A stretch of DNA of 64,000 bases, taken from positions 1,116,001 to 1,180,000 of the forward strand of contig NW_025766958.1 of NCBI RefSeq assembly GCF_003918875.1, given 5' to 3'. The notes beneath the pieces are model-generated. The model was given only the letters and a program-made list of their open reading frames with translations, was not told where the DNA came from and ran no database searches. Position 1 is the first letter of the stretch, and every line of letters begins with the position of its first letter. Shown in pieces: positions 28,309 to 40,842 of this stretch. A program made the translations under genes and the position numbers. The DNA comes from Haliotis rubra. Taxonomy: Eukaryota.

Positions 28309-29052
28309 TAGTGGTGTGCCGATGATTGAAAATAATCGAAAATCGATAGAAAGACGGATTAAAAATAATTATCGATTGTAAAAAACATATTTTTGATTAA
28401 TTGGAATTAATTTGAGGGTCCCTTGGACTCACTCTTAATTTTCATGGCTCCTGGAAAACAAAATGGGGGCCCCAGACACTTAAATATTATTATTGATACT
28501 GTTAATGTATTGTGTGTCATGGTCATCGCATTGTTACAGTAATTATATTGCAAATGATACCATAACCCAGCTTAGTAGCAAACTCAGTGATAACTTATTG
28601 TTACTTAATTGGAATTTTTGCAAAAAGTATTTGGACATTTTCTGCGTCCCTGTGGATGTGCTAATAAATTTTGTTGAGTCCATTGTCAATTTTTTGCGTA
28701 TATGACGCAGGAATTTGCCTGCTGTAAATCCCTGCTTGAATGAAGTAAACTAACCATTATATTTGATGAATATTCACGAATAGATATGCACTCAACAGCA
28801 TAAAGTTGTGTGCATTGTAAAATTTTAACCACTTTTATTGTTTAATTACAATTCCAGTGTCTTTCTTGCATGCATGCATTTCATTGTATCAGATATGAAA
28901 AACATTTTTTATAATTCGAAAAAAAACAGGGGAAAAACCCTTGAAATTGGTGATTACATTAAAAATGTATATATTTCGATTATAATCGATAATCATTCAC
29001 CACAAGTCTTCCTATAATCGACAGTGGATTTGGTTTCCGATTCCCAACACTA
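28309..29052. mobile_element. Non-autonomous hAT (Ac-like) element
   Basis: 8-bp TSD tgattggt (28301-28308 / 29053-29060), termini TAGTGGTG...CAACACTA, subterminal AATCGA repeats. A related lone end (atcggaccaccacta) is at about 21285-21299. Confidence 0.85.
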
Positions 29053-29594
29053 TGATTGGTTGATTTCAGTAGCTTGACTGTATGCCTAGGTTGTGTAATT
29101 GAATCCGGTCTCCATAACAGAACTTGACCAATACAGGTTTGTGACCTTCAAAAGGATTTGTGACGTTTATAACGCTTTTGAAGCCATCAAAGGAGATTGT
29201 GTCTATCGTAACAAATTGTGGCCTACATTTTGGTTTTGGGGCATAATTATCGGAGTGTGGTATTCATTAAGGATTTTCACCTTCATTACACAGACCTGTC
29301 AAGCTTGTTGAATTAATCCTATCACAGCTACGTGTAACAAGTGACTGTAATAATTTAGGAGTGAGTGAATGGGTTTTGTGCAGTCTTCCTGACGTGTCAG
29401 CAATAACCCAGCTAAGGCATATACTTTACTGTTACCATTAAGTTATTAAGCATTGACTGATCAAACTAATGGTCGATAGTGTGAGCAGTTATTCACAGTG
29501 AGTGAGTTTAATTTTATGCCACACTCAGCAACATTCCAGCTATATGGCGGCGGTCTGTAAATAATTTTACGACAAGCATGGGTACTGAAGATCA

Positions 29595-29848
29595 GACCCG
29601 TGAAGGTCCGGGTAAGAATATTTGTCTTCAGTAACCCATGCTTGTCGTAAGAGGCGACTAACGGGATCGGGCGGTCAGGCTCGCTGACTTGGTTGACACA
29701 TGTCATCGTATCCCAATTGTGCAGATCCATGCTCATGCTGTTGATCACTGGATTGTCTGGTCCAGACTGGATTATTTACAGACTGCCGCCATATAGCTGG
29801 AATATTGCTGAGTGCGGAGTAAAACTAAACTCACACACTCACTCACTC
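29595..29848 (+). mobile_element. Family 2 retroposon, full length, nested inside an opposite-strand family 2 copy (29501-29886)
   Basis: Inner TSD actgaagat.a, outer TSD ttattcacagtg, (ACTC)n tail. Confidence 0.9.
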
Positions 29849-32412
29849 ACTGAAGATAAGTTCTAACCCGGATCTTCATGGGTTACTTATTCACAGTGTA
29901 CAATGCCAGTCATCAGCTTGTAGCTTGGTCATGTGGATGTTGTAGACATGTGGCAGCCATGTTGACCATCTGATCTCCGATCCAGGTTTGTCTGATACTT
30001 GGAGCAGGCACAATATGTACAGAGATGTTGTCGTGAACGTGATGAAAGTATTAGTGGAAATAGGTGGAATAGGGTTTTTGAGATTATGGCCGTGGAATGT
30101 TGGTGGGAGTGATGTGAGAGTTTGCCAGAGAGCTCAGAATCCGATGAGTAATTCACCTGAACATACCTGCTGAACATCTTGAAGCCAACCATTCTTACTA
30201 TGAAGAAAGTATGTCTTTTACAACCTTTGAACCAGATCAGCCTCAGTTCAAGCTCCACAGATCGTATCAGTTGACGTCTTGTTCATGTAGATTGCACTCA
30301 AAGTTTAGATTATAACCATGATTAATGTTCTGTTTTGAAGCTGGAATGTGTCTGTGTGTTAAATTAAAGGTTATAATGAAATCCACAAAAGCTTTTTCAC
30401 TACAACAAAATATTGAAAAAAAATGTTCTAGTTTTTTTATTAACGATACAGGTGTCTTTCTAGGTTGCATAAAAATGAACTCAGTGATACCTTTAGCCTG
30501 AAATTTGACACAACATAAAAGAAAAAACTTTTCAGTGCGCAATTTGATGCAGAGCAGATATGAAGAGAATAAGCAAGAAAACAGGGCTACCTGACAGAAC
30601 AGGATCTTCTCCTGGCCATAAGTCAACCCGTAACCATGGTAATAGCGTAAACATAAACTAAAATTGACAAGACAAAACTGCTGAGTATGAGAAAGATGTA
30701 GTGTACATTGCTGTGTTTTGGGCAGGAATGTGCTCGTGTGCTTCGTGCTTGTAAAAGAGATCAAGACAAAACACAAAGCGGCAAGGAATGCTGGAAATTC
30801 CTGTCTCCCTTTCAGGCTGTTGTGAAAAAACCTATCATTTGAAGTGTTGTAAGTTTACGCATTTGAAATTTGACAGCCATTTATCAGTCAACAATTTCAT
30901 AAAGGTGGCCTTTGATTGCGATCATATGTCATGTCTTTTAACGAGAATGTTTAAAAGATAGTTATCATTGCTTGTTTTGTTACTTTTTTGGCAAAGAATG
31001 ATTTTGTTTGTTTTTGTGTGGAATTTATGGTGTTATATAATCTTGTTTTTCTTAGGATTTTCTGTAATAAAAAGACAAGTCACAAGTTGTTGTTTGTTAG
31101 TAATTTCTTTTAAGATGATTTTCATTGCATATTGGAATTTTGTACTGGGCACCTTGATATCACAATATTTTACCTTTGTGACTCAGAAGTGACTGTTGGA
31201 AAAAAGCTGCAATTGTATATATTTATCTGTAAAAAATGATTCTGGTAAAACAATATTTTTTCTACTTTGGCTAGATCATGCTTGTAGGGTTGGGTGAATT
31301 TCCTGAAACAAATACTATTTATTTTGTGGTCTTAAAAAATTGTCTGTTTTATTGGAATGAAATGAAAAGTTGTGTAACCTCTAAATCAGTTTTTAAGGAG
31401 TTATTAGTGTTTTGGATGTCGTGACAAATGTCCCCATTGGTATTTCCATCTTTGTGTGAGTCACTCGACCATGTGTCCCAACTTGTGTCTTGTACCAACT
31501 GGTGACCTGATTTGTTTGTATGTTGCTTTTCATACAAGAGTCGAAGATCCTCAGGCTATATTGTGACCTGTAAATCATCAAGTCTGGACCAGGCAATCCA
31601 GTGATTGGTATCATGAGCAATAAGCCCCACAAAAATCAACCGTTGAAAATTAGCTTTACATTTTAAGTCAGAAGTACAGTTTATTTATTGTGTAGAGGAA
31701 CATATGAAGCAATAATATTTTCACTGTTACAATACATCAAAACAGGGCAATATTCCACAAAGCAATCTTGGCGCCAGGTCTGTCGTAAGTCTTTCATTGT
31801 ACGGCACTTGTGTGGTCTGCCCTATGATCATTTTATGGAACAGAGTTATTAAAAGTAGGATCAAAGACACAGCCAAAATGTCAGGTTCACAGATTTGTTT
31901 TACAAGCTATGATGTAGATTCTGTGAATATTGACTTCTAAGATTACCTTTCTCGTACATATGTCGGAAACTGTATCTCTTTGTACGCCCTCTCTCAACAA
32001 CATTGCTTTGTTTTATGAGCATGTTTTTATGACCATTTGTGTGGAAATACAGTGTATTGGAAGAAGGTCGACATTGTATTGGAAGAAGGTCGTGATTTTA
32101 TCACACCTATGTTATACTGGATCTGAAGGTTGAGATAGTGTCACACCTATGTACTACTGAATCTGTCAAAGGAGTTCTGTTTTAATACCTGAATCTCAAA
32201 AGTATTCAGGTGTAATATCCCAGATAAAACTCAGTATGGAAGTAGAGCACAAGTTGTCACCTGTTTGTTTGGCTTAACGATAAGCAGGGCAGGGGGTGGG
32301 GGCAGGACGTGGAGATGTGAAACATCTGTTCAGTTATTCTGTTGTAAAATGTCACAAATATTCACTGAAGAGAAGGTGATAACCATTGTCACTTTTACTC
32401 TTGTATTCACTA

Positions 32413-32675
32413 TCTTCTCTCTCTCCTTTTCTCTTTCTCTTTCTGTCACTGATTACCTGTCCTCCACTCTATCTCTCCTTCCCTCTATCCCTACCTCTCC
32501 CATTTCACCTCACTTTTTTTTTACCTCCCCTCTCACTCCTCACTTCTCACCTCACTCACCACACTTTTTTTTACTTCTGTCCCTCTCCTCACTCACACAC
32601 TCACACACTCACACCTCACTTTTTTACCTGTCCCCTCCCACTCACTCACTCACTTTTTTTTACTTCTGTCCTCCA
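32413..32675. repeat. Polypyrimidine/CTCA low-complexity tract
   Basis: Almost G-free + strand. Confidence 0.85.
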
Positions 32676-32823
32676 AAATCTATTTGCAAGTTGCTGTTAT
32701 AATGCAGAGAGTTATCTTGACCAGCCCAGTTGGACACAAGCATTTTAAAATACTCCTCAGAAGCATAAACGGAAAATGCAGTCATGTGTGTGCACATGCA
32801 CATGCACAGGTTTCTTGTCGATT

Positions 32824-32985
32824 GTGGTGGGGTAGCCAAATGGTTAGTGTCCGCTCATCATGCTGAAGACCCGGGTTTGATTCCCCACATGGGAACAATG
32901 TGTGAAGCCCATTTTGGTGTCTCCCATTGTGATATTGCTGGACCATTGCTAGTAGCGGCATATAACCATACTCACTCACTCACTC
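32824..32985 (+). mobile_element. tRNA-derived SINE family 1 (diverged)
   Basis: Match to consensus with tail. Confidence 0.8.
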
Positions 32986-33709
32986 ATTTCTACCTCTTGT
33001 CAATATCCTACTCGGGCAGTAGGGACATGTGTTTCAGTACTTACTGTATTCCCTCACCAGGATCTAACACACCCTTCTTCTAAACGTATTACAATATGGC
33101 TGCTACGGTCAACCATGTACCTGACACTACTACGTCTCCCTTGAATTCCAATGGACACTTTATTTACCCACTTGAATATAGCCCCAGCTGCAAGTTATGA
33201 GCCCTTCCCTTGTACTGAAAGCTGCTTGTTGGGCTAATATGGACATTGTGAGACACGATCCTCACACAAAGCCAGCCGGTATTGGGTGTCATGTTAGTTG
33301 ACATTTCATTGCAAATGGAAGGGATACTATTAGTTGAAATTAGTGTTGTGATTTGCCTTCTGAGAATCCTGGTACTGGAGGCATTGAATGGAAGAGAGTA
33401 TTGAAATACTTGGTATTTGTGTTACCTGTTTATATAGGCGGGTGTTATGAAAAGAAAATATGTCAGTATTCACATGTTGTTCACATGATTAATATGCGTT
33501 AGCTGTTGATTCAAATTTATTTACCCTAAAGTTATTCATTGTTTTATAGAGTCTACTTTTGACTTTTGGACAGTGAAAAAAGAAAACAAATCTGATTTAA
33601 ATTTTTTTTAGTTTGAACAAATATTTGTTTTCATCTTTTAAAGAGAATTTCCCAGAATAATTATATTGTTTATGTTGGTTGTATGGCCATGTGTTGTCTT
33701 TAAAGACAT

Positions 33710-34036
33710 CAGTGTTTCCGTTCTTCGGTATATACCTGAAAATCGCCGGTAAAATTCGTTGGGGACCGGTAAATTGAAAGCCAGCCCGACACTGTGTCCG
33801 ATAACTAATCATGTATTAAAATAAAAAAATCATGGGTAAGCGAAATCATAGTCTTGACTGTGCTTTCATGGTTGCAAAAATTGTTATATTTTGGAAATAT
33901 CCAGGCTAAAGTAGCTTTAAAATGAGTACTTACAGTGTGGTAATAGGATATAACCGGCAAATTTAATTCATGACCGGTAAAATTTTAGGTTGCCAGACAC
34001 AGTGTCCGATAAATAATTTAGTTAGCGGAAACACTG
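33710..34036. mobile_element. MITE with CAGTGTTTCCG TIRs and 5-bp TSD (hAT5-like)
   Basis: Perfect 11-bp TIR, gacat on both flanks (33705-33709 / 34037-34041), internal CCGGTAAA repeats. Confidence 0.75.
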
Positions 34037-34309
34037 GACATGGAGTTAGCGATCCGGTCACTTTAATGAATAAATATGTATTGTCATACACCTCACTCTC
34101 ACAGCAGTAGCGGAGTATCTATATAACTATGCAAAACAATATGACGGTACATGACAAGCAAACACTTTAACCACTAGGCTACCCTACAACCCCTGTGGAT
34201 AAGAGAAAGACAATGTCATAGTGCAGTGTATTGTTGTGTATTGCACTACTAGGGCCTATGTTAAACCTGTCGGTGAGTAATGAATCTCCCTGTGTCCTGA
34301 TCTTGTCAT

Positions 34310-34705
34310 AAACTGACATAACGTGTAACTGGTCAGAATTAATCCCGAAGACAGATCGTTCCCCTATTGATTAAACAATAACCCCCAATTTTCATGTCCC
34401 CGGGAAATGAACGAGGCTTTCGAAATTAACGAGTCCTGGCCAATTTTGGTGGTCGGCGTCCGATTTGTAGCCAGTGATGATCAGGAAAAGATGTTTGTGA
34501 ATTTCCAACGTAATTAACACGTGGTTGCCTGTATTATCGCCAGTTTCAAACGATTGTTTCGTCAAATTTTATGTACGAGAGTTGTGCGTGTTGTCGATAG
34601 TGAAATATCCCTTGGTCAGGGTTCTGATGAAATAAGATTACGTGTGTGAGTAAATTTGGGTTTAAATGCAGGAAGGGCCGTTAGTGATGATACAAGCAAA
34701 TCGGA
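34310..34705 (+). promoter_or_regulatory. Intronic CpG-rich patch, possible alternative promoter or enhancer
   Basis: About 20 CpGs in 400 bp, CCAAT at 34440, CACGTG E-box, GTGAGT at 34646. No TIR/TSD or SINE similarity seen. Confidence 0.3.
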
Positions 34706-35097
34706 ATGTCATGTAGGTGATGCTTTGTTTATTGGATGGTTTACATCTTCAGAGCCATTGCGTTGGTAATGGAGGTATGTATTGCGAAGCTGTTGAGAAA
34801 TTTCCATGAAACAGGGCCACATTTATGTAGATGTGCTTGATGGTTTGTAAAACAGGGCTGAAACAGTTCACCTTTTGTTTTGTTGCATCTATAAAGTGCA
34901 GTTTTTTATTGTATTCAATCATGAAAACTTTAAGGTAATGTCAAACAAAGTTCCAGGAATTGAGGTCAATCAGAAGCAGTCTGTTTTTCTTCAGGCCCAG
35001 GGAGCAAGAGTTAAGTCCCTTAGGAAAGTAAGGATCTCAGAATTTCCACAGTTTTGTTAGTTTATAACTATTGAAAATCGTTTTCAACTTGCATTAA

Positions 35098-36502
35098 CCC
35101 TTTCAACACCGCAGGCCGAATAATCGGCCACAACGTTATGAGTCCCCAGACACCGGAGGCCGATTAATCGGCCAGGCAGTAGTCACGTCAAAATGAGACA
35201 TAATTTTAGGAACCTACCTGACTTTTGATTCATATATCAAATCTATCACATTTCACAATGTCTGAAAACACTTATTAAATTTCAATTTATCATATATTAT
35301 CAGCATAATTAAAATTATAAACTATTTTTCGCAATATTATTGAAAACAACGATTCTCGGACACATGCCCGGTGGCGGGTCCACAATAACATTGTCAAAAA
35401 GCAAAATAGCGATGTTTGAGGAAATTATTAAATAAATTGAATAAACTAATGAATAAAATCAACAACAGCATTCATAAAAGTTGTCAAGCGTACATATAAA
35501 ATTACTATTTCCATCTTTTTTGTGCGATCATGTAATGCAAGTCAAGTCACTGACAAGTGACATCTCGGCTCTCGCCGCCTCAATCTTCGCTTTCGGACCA
35601 CGATGTTTAATCGCGAAAATACATACATGAAGCATTTTTGTCTGAGTCATAACCTAGCCACGATCGTCCAATAAGTTCCATAATTTCACGTATTGGTAGC
35701 GATTTCTTGCTTAATATGTTCAGAATAGCATTATTTTACCCAAAACTTTTGTCCAAATCTAAAGATTTCGTTTACGAGGGCGGTATCCATTGCCGTAATA
35801 TGATTGGCTGCCTTAGGTCCGTGTCTGATTTTGACCAATCACAACCCTTATAGCAGACTGTGGCGAAAAGCGTCATTAGAAACCAATCTTTATCAATAAA
35901 ATCGCTTCTTACAACTGTGAAAATACTCTTGGCAAGGGTACAGTGATATTGTTGATGTTCAGAGCTTCGAGCGATGCCCGACATCAAGCGATTTGCAGCA
36001 TGTTATTCATCTGAAGCGAAAGCGGAGGTATTTTCAGTTGTTATGTCATTTTTACGGGCGGAAAGCTGCAGATATCGGAAATAGGCGACCATACATATTG
36101 TTTAAGAAATCTTTTTATAATAATTTTCTGATTACGTAAAAATGAAAATATAAAAGAAAAAGCCACGGGCAATTTATGACATGTCACAAATGGAAAAATC
36201 GCCATAGTTTTTGCTCCTTTAAAGTGGTTTATCTGGGCGTTACAAATGTAAGCTTGCATTTTCATTCAAATATAAATTTATTTAAGTTGTAGTTGTATTA
36301 TTTGAATAATATTATAAAATAAACTTCATATTTATCAACAGTAGGATTAGATCTTTTAAATGGTGTATGGGATGTAGTAGCAATAGCGTTTTACAAGCTT
36401 ATAATTTCCTTCACAAACATAGGCTTCATCTATGACCTCAGAGTCTCTGGGAACTTCGGTGTCATGGCAGTAAATGCCTCTGGTTGACTGGTGTTGAAAG
36501 AG
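35098..36502. mobile_element. Non-autonomous piggyBac-like element, copy 1 (~1.4 kb)
   Basis: TTAA TSDs (35094-97 / 36503-06), TIR CCCTTTCAACACC / GGTGTTGAAAGAG, full-length similarity to 48795-50169, no transposase ORF. Confidence 0.88.
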
Positions 36503-36523
36503 TTAAATCGATACATATCATTT

Positions 36524-36563
36524 CACCTGATGAAGGAGTAAGAATATACTTCGAAACGTCGTG
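36524..36563 (+). ncRNA. Minimal type I hammerhead ribozyme motif in a Penelope-like repeat remnant
   Basis: CAC-CUGAUGA-A-GGAGUA(agaaua)UACUUC-GAAA-CG-UC-GUG: intact core boxes, 6-bp stem II, palindromic ACGU stem III, 3-bp stem I. Confidence 0.65.
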
Positions 36564-38144
36564 TCCATCACAATGAAGAAGTTGACATCCATAAAAGTCT
36601 TGCCTTTATGTGTGTCACATCTAAATGCCATTCAAAGAATCAATGATTTCATGTGTTGAAAGGATTGCTTGAAGTAACTGAAATGTTTTTCTCGCATTAG
36701 TATGTATTAAAATGAATAACAAGATTGAAATTTTCTCGGACGTTTTCTCCATTGCAAGTTTCCAGATGGTAGTGGAACCTGTGTAACCTCTCTTATCCTC
36801 TTTGTAAAAGCACATTTTGATAGCTCCATGTAGCAAAGTTTTACTGTGTGAGGTACTGGTACATTGAGTTTTACAAGGTTCTGACATTTTCAGACTCTTC
36901 TGCTTTACTTGACAACATGGCTCGGTGGTTTTTCATCATCATGAAATTTGATTCCAGATTTAATGTTGCAGCACGCTCATATCACAATAGGAATTTGATT
37001 AAATTGCATTCGTCAATAATTTCAGACACTTACAAGATTGCAATATCGGTGCGACAGCCTGAGAAAAAGAATTTGTGGCCATATGGCTTTTTTGGTAAAA
37101 AATTGAACTTTGAGGCCTCTATCCATTTATTCCCACAAGCACCTGCACAAAGTCATCAAATACTCGTCAACCTCCAAAACCTTATCATCACACCTCGGGA
37201 GTCGATGGAATGTCTGTCCTTTACATCAATTATGCATTATTGTGATATTGATCGACGTTGTCACTTTCATCGTATTGGAATTTACAATCTCAGCTGACTT
37301 TGGAATTCTGCCGGTTTATTTGCAGTTTTGCTGGATAAGCATTTTTCAATCAAGGTCATGTTGACATAGTGATGACTAGAGTTTGATTACAGTTAGTCAA
37401 TCAGAGAGTAAGCCTTTTAAGATGAAGAAGATGAAGTAGAAGATGAAGGCTGATGAGAATAGGGGGATATATTTGACAGTAACTGTACCCAAAGGTAAAC
37501 ATGGTGAGGCCCAACTTCAATGAGGTTCTAATGCAGTTTGTTGACATTATTTCTCTTTTGATCATTATAATGATTATCATGCTCATCCGTCACTAATATT
37601 GCTCCAGGAAAGTAGCCTAGTTGTTTAAGTTGCGGCACACATTGTCAAAGGCTTGGGCTTGATTCTTTGTATGGGTACAGTGTTTGAAACTCATTCCTTT
37701 GAATACCCCACATTCTAGCCAAAATCTTGCATAATATAAAATCTTCCGCTTTCCAACAGATGTCCTCCTGTCTGTCAGCTATCCAATGAGTAGTTGTGTG
37801 GGAAACAGTATTTCAGTGTTTAACTGGACCTCCTGTTAAAGGTGGGAGAACATAACTTCTTTCCAGTTACCCAAGACCCCACTTGCAGTTACAATGGGGA
37901 GTTGGGGGGACTATTCACAATGTAATAGAGGTTTTAGTTTTGTTCACCATGGCTAGAACATTGCTAGTGTGGCTCAAAAACTTAATCATCCTTCTTCATA
38001 AAGGACAATGTCCTTATATACATCACCTGAGTTATGAAGAATAAGATGTTCATTGAATACTTAAACCATTTCATTAAACCCTTTTAACAAAATCCACAAC
38101 CTCTGTAACTAATACATAATTCAGGATGTACATGTTTGACTGTT

Positions 38145-38263
38145 TAGTCATGCTGAACATGGGGTTTGATTCCCCACATTGGTACAATGTGTGACGCCTA
38201 TTTCTGGTGTCCCCAGCCGTGATATTGCTGGAATATTGCTGAAAGCGGCGTAAAACCGACCGA
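38145..38263 (+). mobile_element. tRNA-derived SINE family 1, abutting the assembly gap
   Basis: 3' two-thirds of consensus. An internally deleted minus-strand copy lies at about 38480-38582. Confidence 0.8.
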
Positions 38264-38429
38264 NNNNNNNNNNNNNNNNNNNNNNNNNNNNNNNNNNNNN
38301 NNNNNNNNNNNNNNNNNNNNNNNNNNNNNNNNNNNNNNNNNNNNNNNNNNNNNNNNNNNNNNNNNNNNNNNNNNNNNNNNNNNNNNNNNNNNNNNNNNNN
38401 NNNNNNNNNNNNNNNNNNNNNNNNNNNNN
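38264..38429. other. Assembly gap (166 N)
   Basis: Run of n, flanked by SINE tails. Confidence 1.
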
Positions 38430-39554
38430 ACTGGGTATTGAGTGGCCACGGCAATGGCTGCTGTATAATGGCCAATACTTTGAGTGAGTGAGTGAATGAG
38501 TATAGTTTTACGCCAGACATATCACTGCAGTGGACACCAGAACCACCAGCAAACACTTTAACCACTAGGCTACCCCACCGCTCTGCCAGTATTTTGATGA
38601 TCATCAGTATAATGTATGGTGACTACAGCATGCTGTAGCTGGTTGATTGTAGGTCATTGTGCCTGATGTGCTTGTGAATTATTTCTTCTAAACGACATCT
38701 AGTTTTCATTAAATTTCTTCATTTAGTAGTGTCTTGTCTCAGAGTAAGATTAATCACATCCTTTAGAGGAGGATTTAAATCAGGCATGAATTCTTCCACT
38801 TGAGTTGTAATTTCAAAGAGGTAGTTAATCGTGATCCATTTAAAATGTTTGCAATATAAAATGGTTTCGGTAGATTAGGGCTCAGAATAACCATTCGATT
38901 GATGAGCATGTCAAAACGGTCAAATTAAACCTATTACAAGACGAGGATGATTCACGTGCGATGCAAGCTTGCTGACTCTTGTTTGTATACGACCAACACA
39001 CCAGACCTCTGTCTCAATACACTTCCAGTGTCAGGTTCTGGGAGTTCGAGCAAACGTTCTTGAAGGGAATGGCTCCGGCACCAAGGTTAGGGTGCAAATA
39101 TTGAAGGTTTTGTGAGGGGATACGCATGAGATATCAAACAATAGGGGTGTTTGGATAAGCACATCTTGGTTGATGGTTGACCTTATGAAGACCTTGAGTA
39201 ATTGATTTCATGGTTGTTGATTTGTTGGAAACATGGTAAATGAAGCTAATTTTGTAGGTGAAGTTGACAATCATCGCTGCAGTAATCCATAGAGAATATG
39301 ATCTATTTACTTGTGTCTACTTTCTGAGTGCAGAATAAAAAGATTATCTTAATGCAACTAAGAATTTAGAAAATCTAACCCTTTATTGCCTTTCAGGGTT
39401 GTACCTTGACTTTGAATTTTTTTATCTGAGGTTAAGTAAATTTGACATAATATAAACAATTATTTAAAAACATTGAAATGCATGTACCATGTACCCAGAA
39501 ATCCCATCCGCTTTTCATAAAGCCATAAAATGTGGATCATAGCTGCCTGAAATA

Positions 39555-40048
39555 GATGGTTTGTTGTTTAACACCACACTCAGCAAATATTCAGCTATAT
39601 CTCCGCTGTCTGTCAGTAAGCGGGTGTGGACCAGACAATCCAGTGATCAACATCATGAGCATCGTTCTACACGTTTGGGATGCAATGACAGGTATCAACC
39701 AAGTCAGCAAGTTTGACCACGTTAGTCACCTCTTATGAGAAGCATGGGTTACTGAAGACCAATTTTAACCCGGATCTTCAGAGTGAGTGAGAGAGTGAGT
39801 TTAGTTTTACGCCGCACTCAGCAATATTCCAGCTATATGGCCGCGGTCTGTAAATAATGAAGTCTGGACCAGACAATCCAGTGATCAACAACATGAGCAT
39901 CGATCTACGCAATTGGGAACCGATGACATGTGTCAACCAAGCCAGTGAGCCTGACCACCTGATACCGTTAGTCGCCTCTTACGACAAGCATGGGTTACTG
40001 AAGGTTCATTCTAACCCGGACCTTCACTGGTAGATCTTCACAGGTACC
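39555..40048 (-). mobile_element. Two nested family 2 retroposons (inner copy about 39781-40031)
   Basis: Inner TSD gatcttca; both on the minus strand. Confidence 0.85.
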
Positions 40049-40842
40049 TGAGATTGAGATGATAGACATTTAACGATTAACCTTAAAGTAAGCTAAATTA
40101 TATAAAACACACTTCATATTTTTTGCAAAGCTCAGTGTTATATATTTTCACATCAAGCCTCAATGGAAACCATTGCTACTGCAACAGGAATTGTGTTGAA
40201 CTAACAGGGCAAAAAAACTTTATGGAACTTTTTTAGCCTGAAGCTAATGATATGTTAAATCACAGGAAATGTCAAATTACGGCTTGCAGTGACTTTTAGC
40301 TCACATTGAAGTTTTGACGGTCATTGTGTGAAGTGATTAATTTCCCCCATCTCCATGCACTGCATCCTGTTGTCGGGTGATGTTCGGAGTTCACAGTTGG
40401 CATGTTTCGCTTTCATTTTGGGCTGGTTATTTAAAGAACAGTTTTTCATCTATATGTCAAATAGGTCCATTTGGTGGAATAGAGGAATTCTAAGCTAGAT
40501 AACAGGCTAGATAAAAGAATGTTCCTGTAATTTATTATTTTTTGTTTGTTTGTGTTTTTGCTTTAAAGCAGCATAATGCTTTGTAGCTTGGAAAGATGCA
40601 AATCATATGTTAATTTGTATTTTGATAAGTTTGTAAGGGGCAAGGGTAGTTTCGTTGTATAAGGAGCCACAATTTGATGTACAGAGTTGTGTCCCTTTGG
40701 CCATCAGGGCAACATACGATTGGCAGTTTGGATTCTAGCTGTTTCAAATGTTGTCAGTGATAATCATCACCTAAATATCTTTGGATTTTACTCCCACATC
40801 AACTAAAATAATGTTCAGGGCAGCATGTTAAACTCATGGAAC

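Noticed and set aside
30267-30776. 169-aa minus-strand ORF (also 36848-37297, 20222-20647, 32265-32748)
   Set aside because: No recognisable motifs, AT-rich or low-complexity composition, non-ATG starts, and none of the codon bias seen in the true exons.
34470-34630. C/D-box snoRNA (GTGATGA...CTGA)
   Set aside because: No terminal stem and no recognisable rRNA antisense element.
35098-36502. Transposase coding capacity in the piggyBac-like elements
   Set aside because: Only short ORFs that are not preserved between the two copies; non-autonomous.
38074-38604. 176-aa ORF
   Set aside because: Spans the N gap and two SINE fragments.
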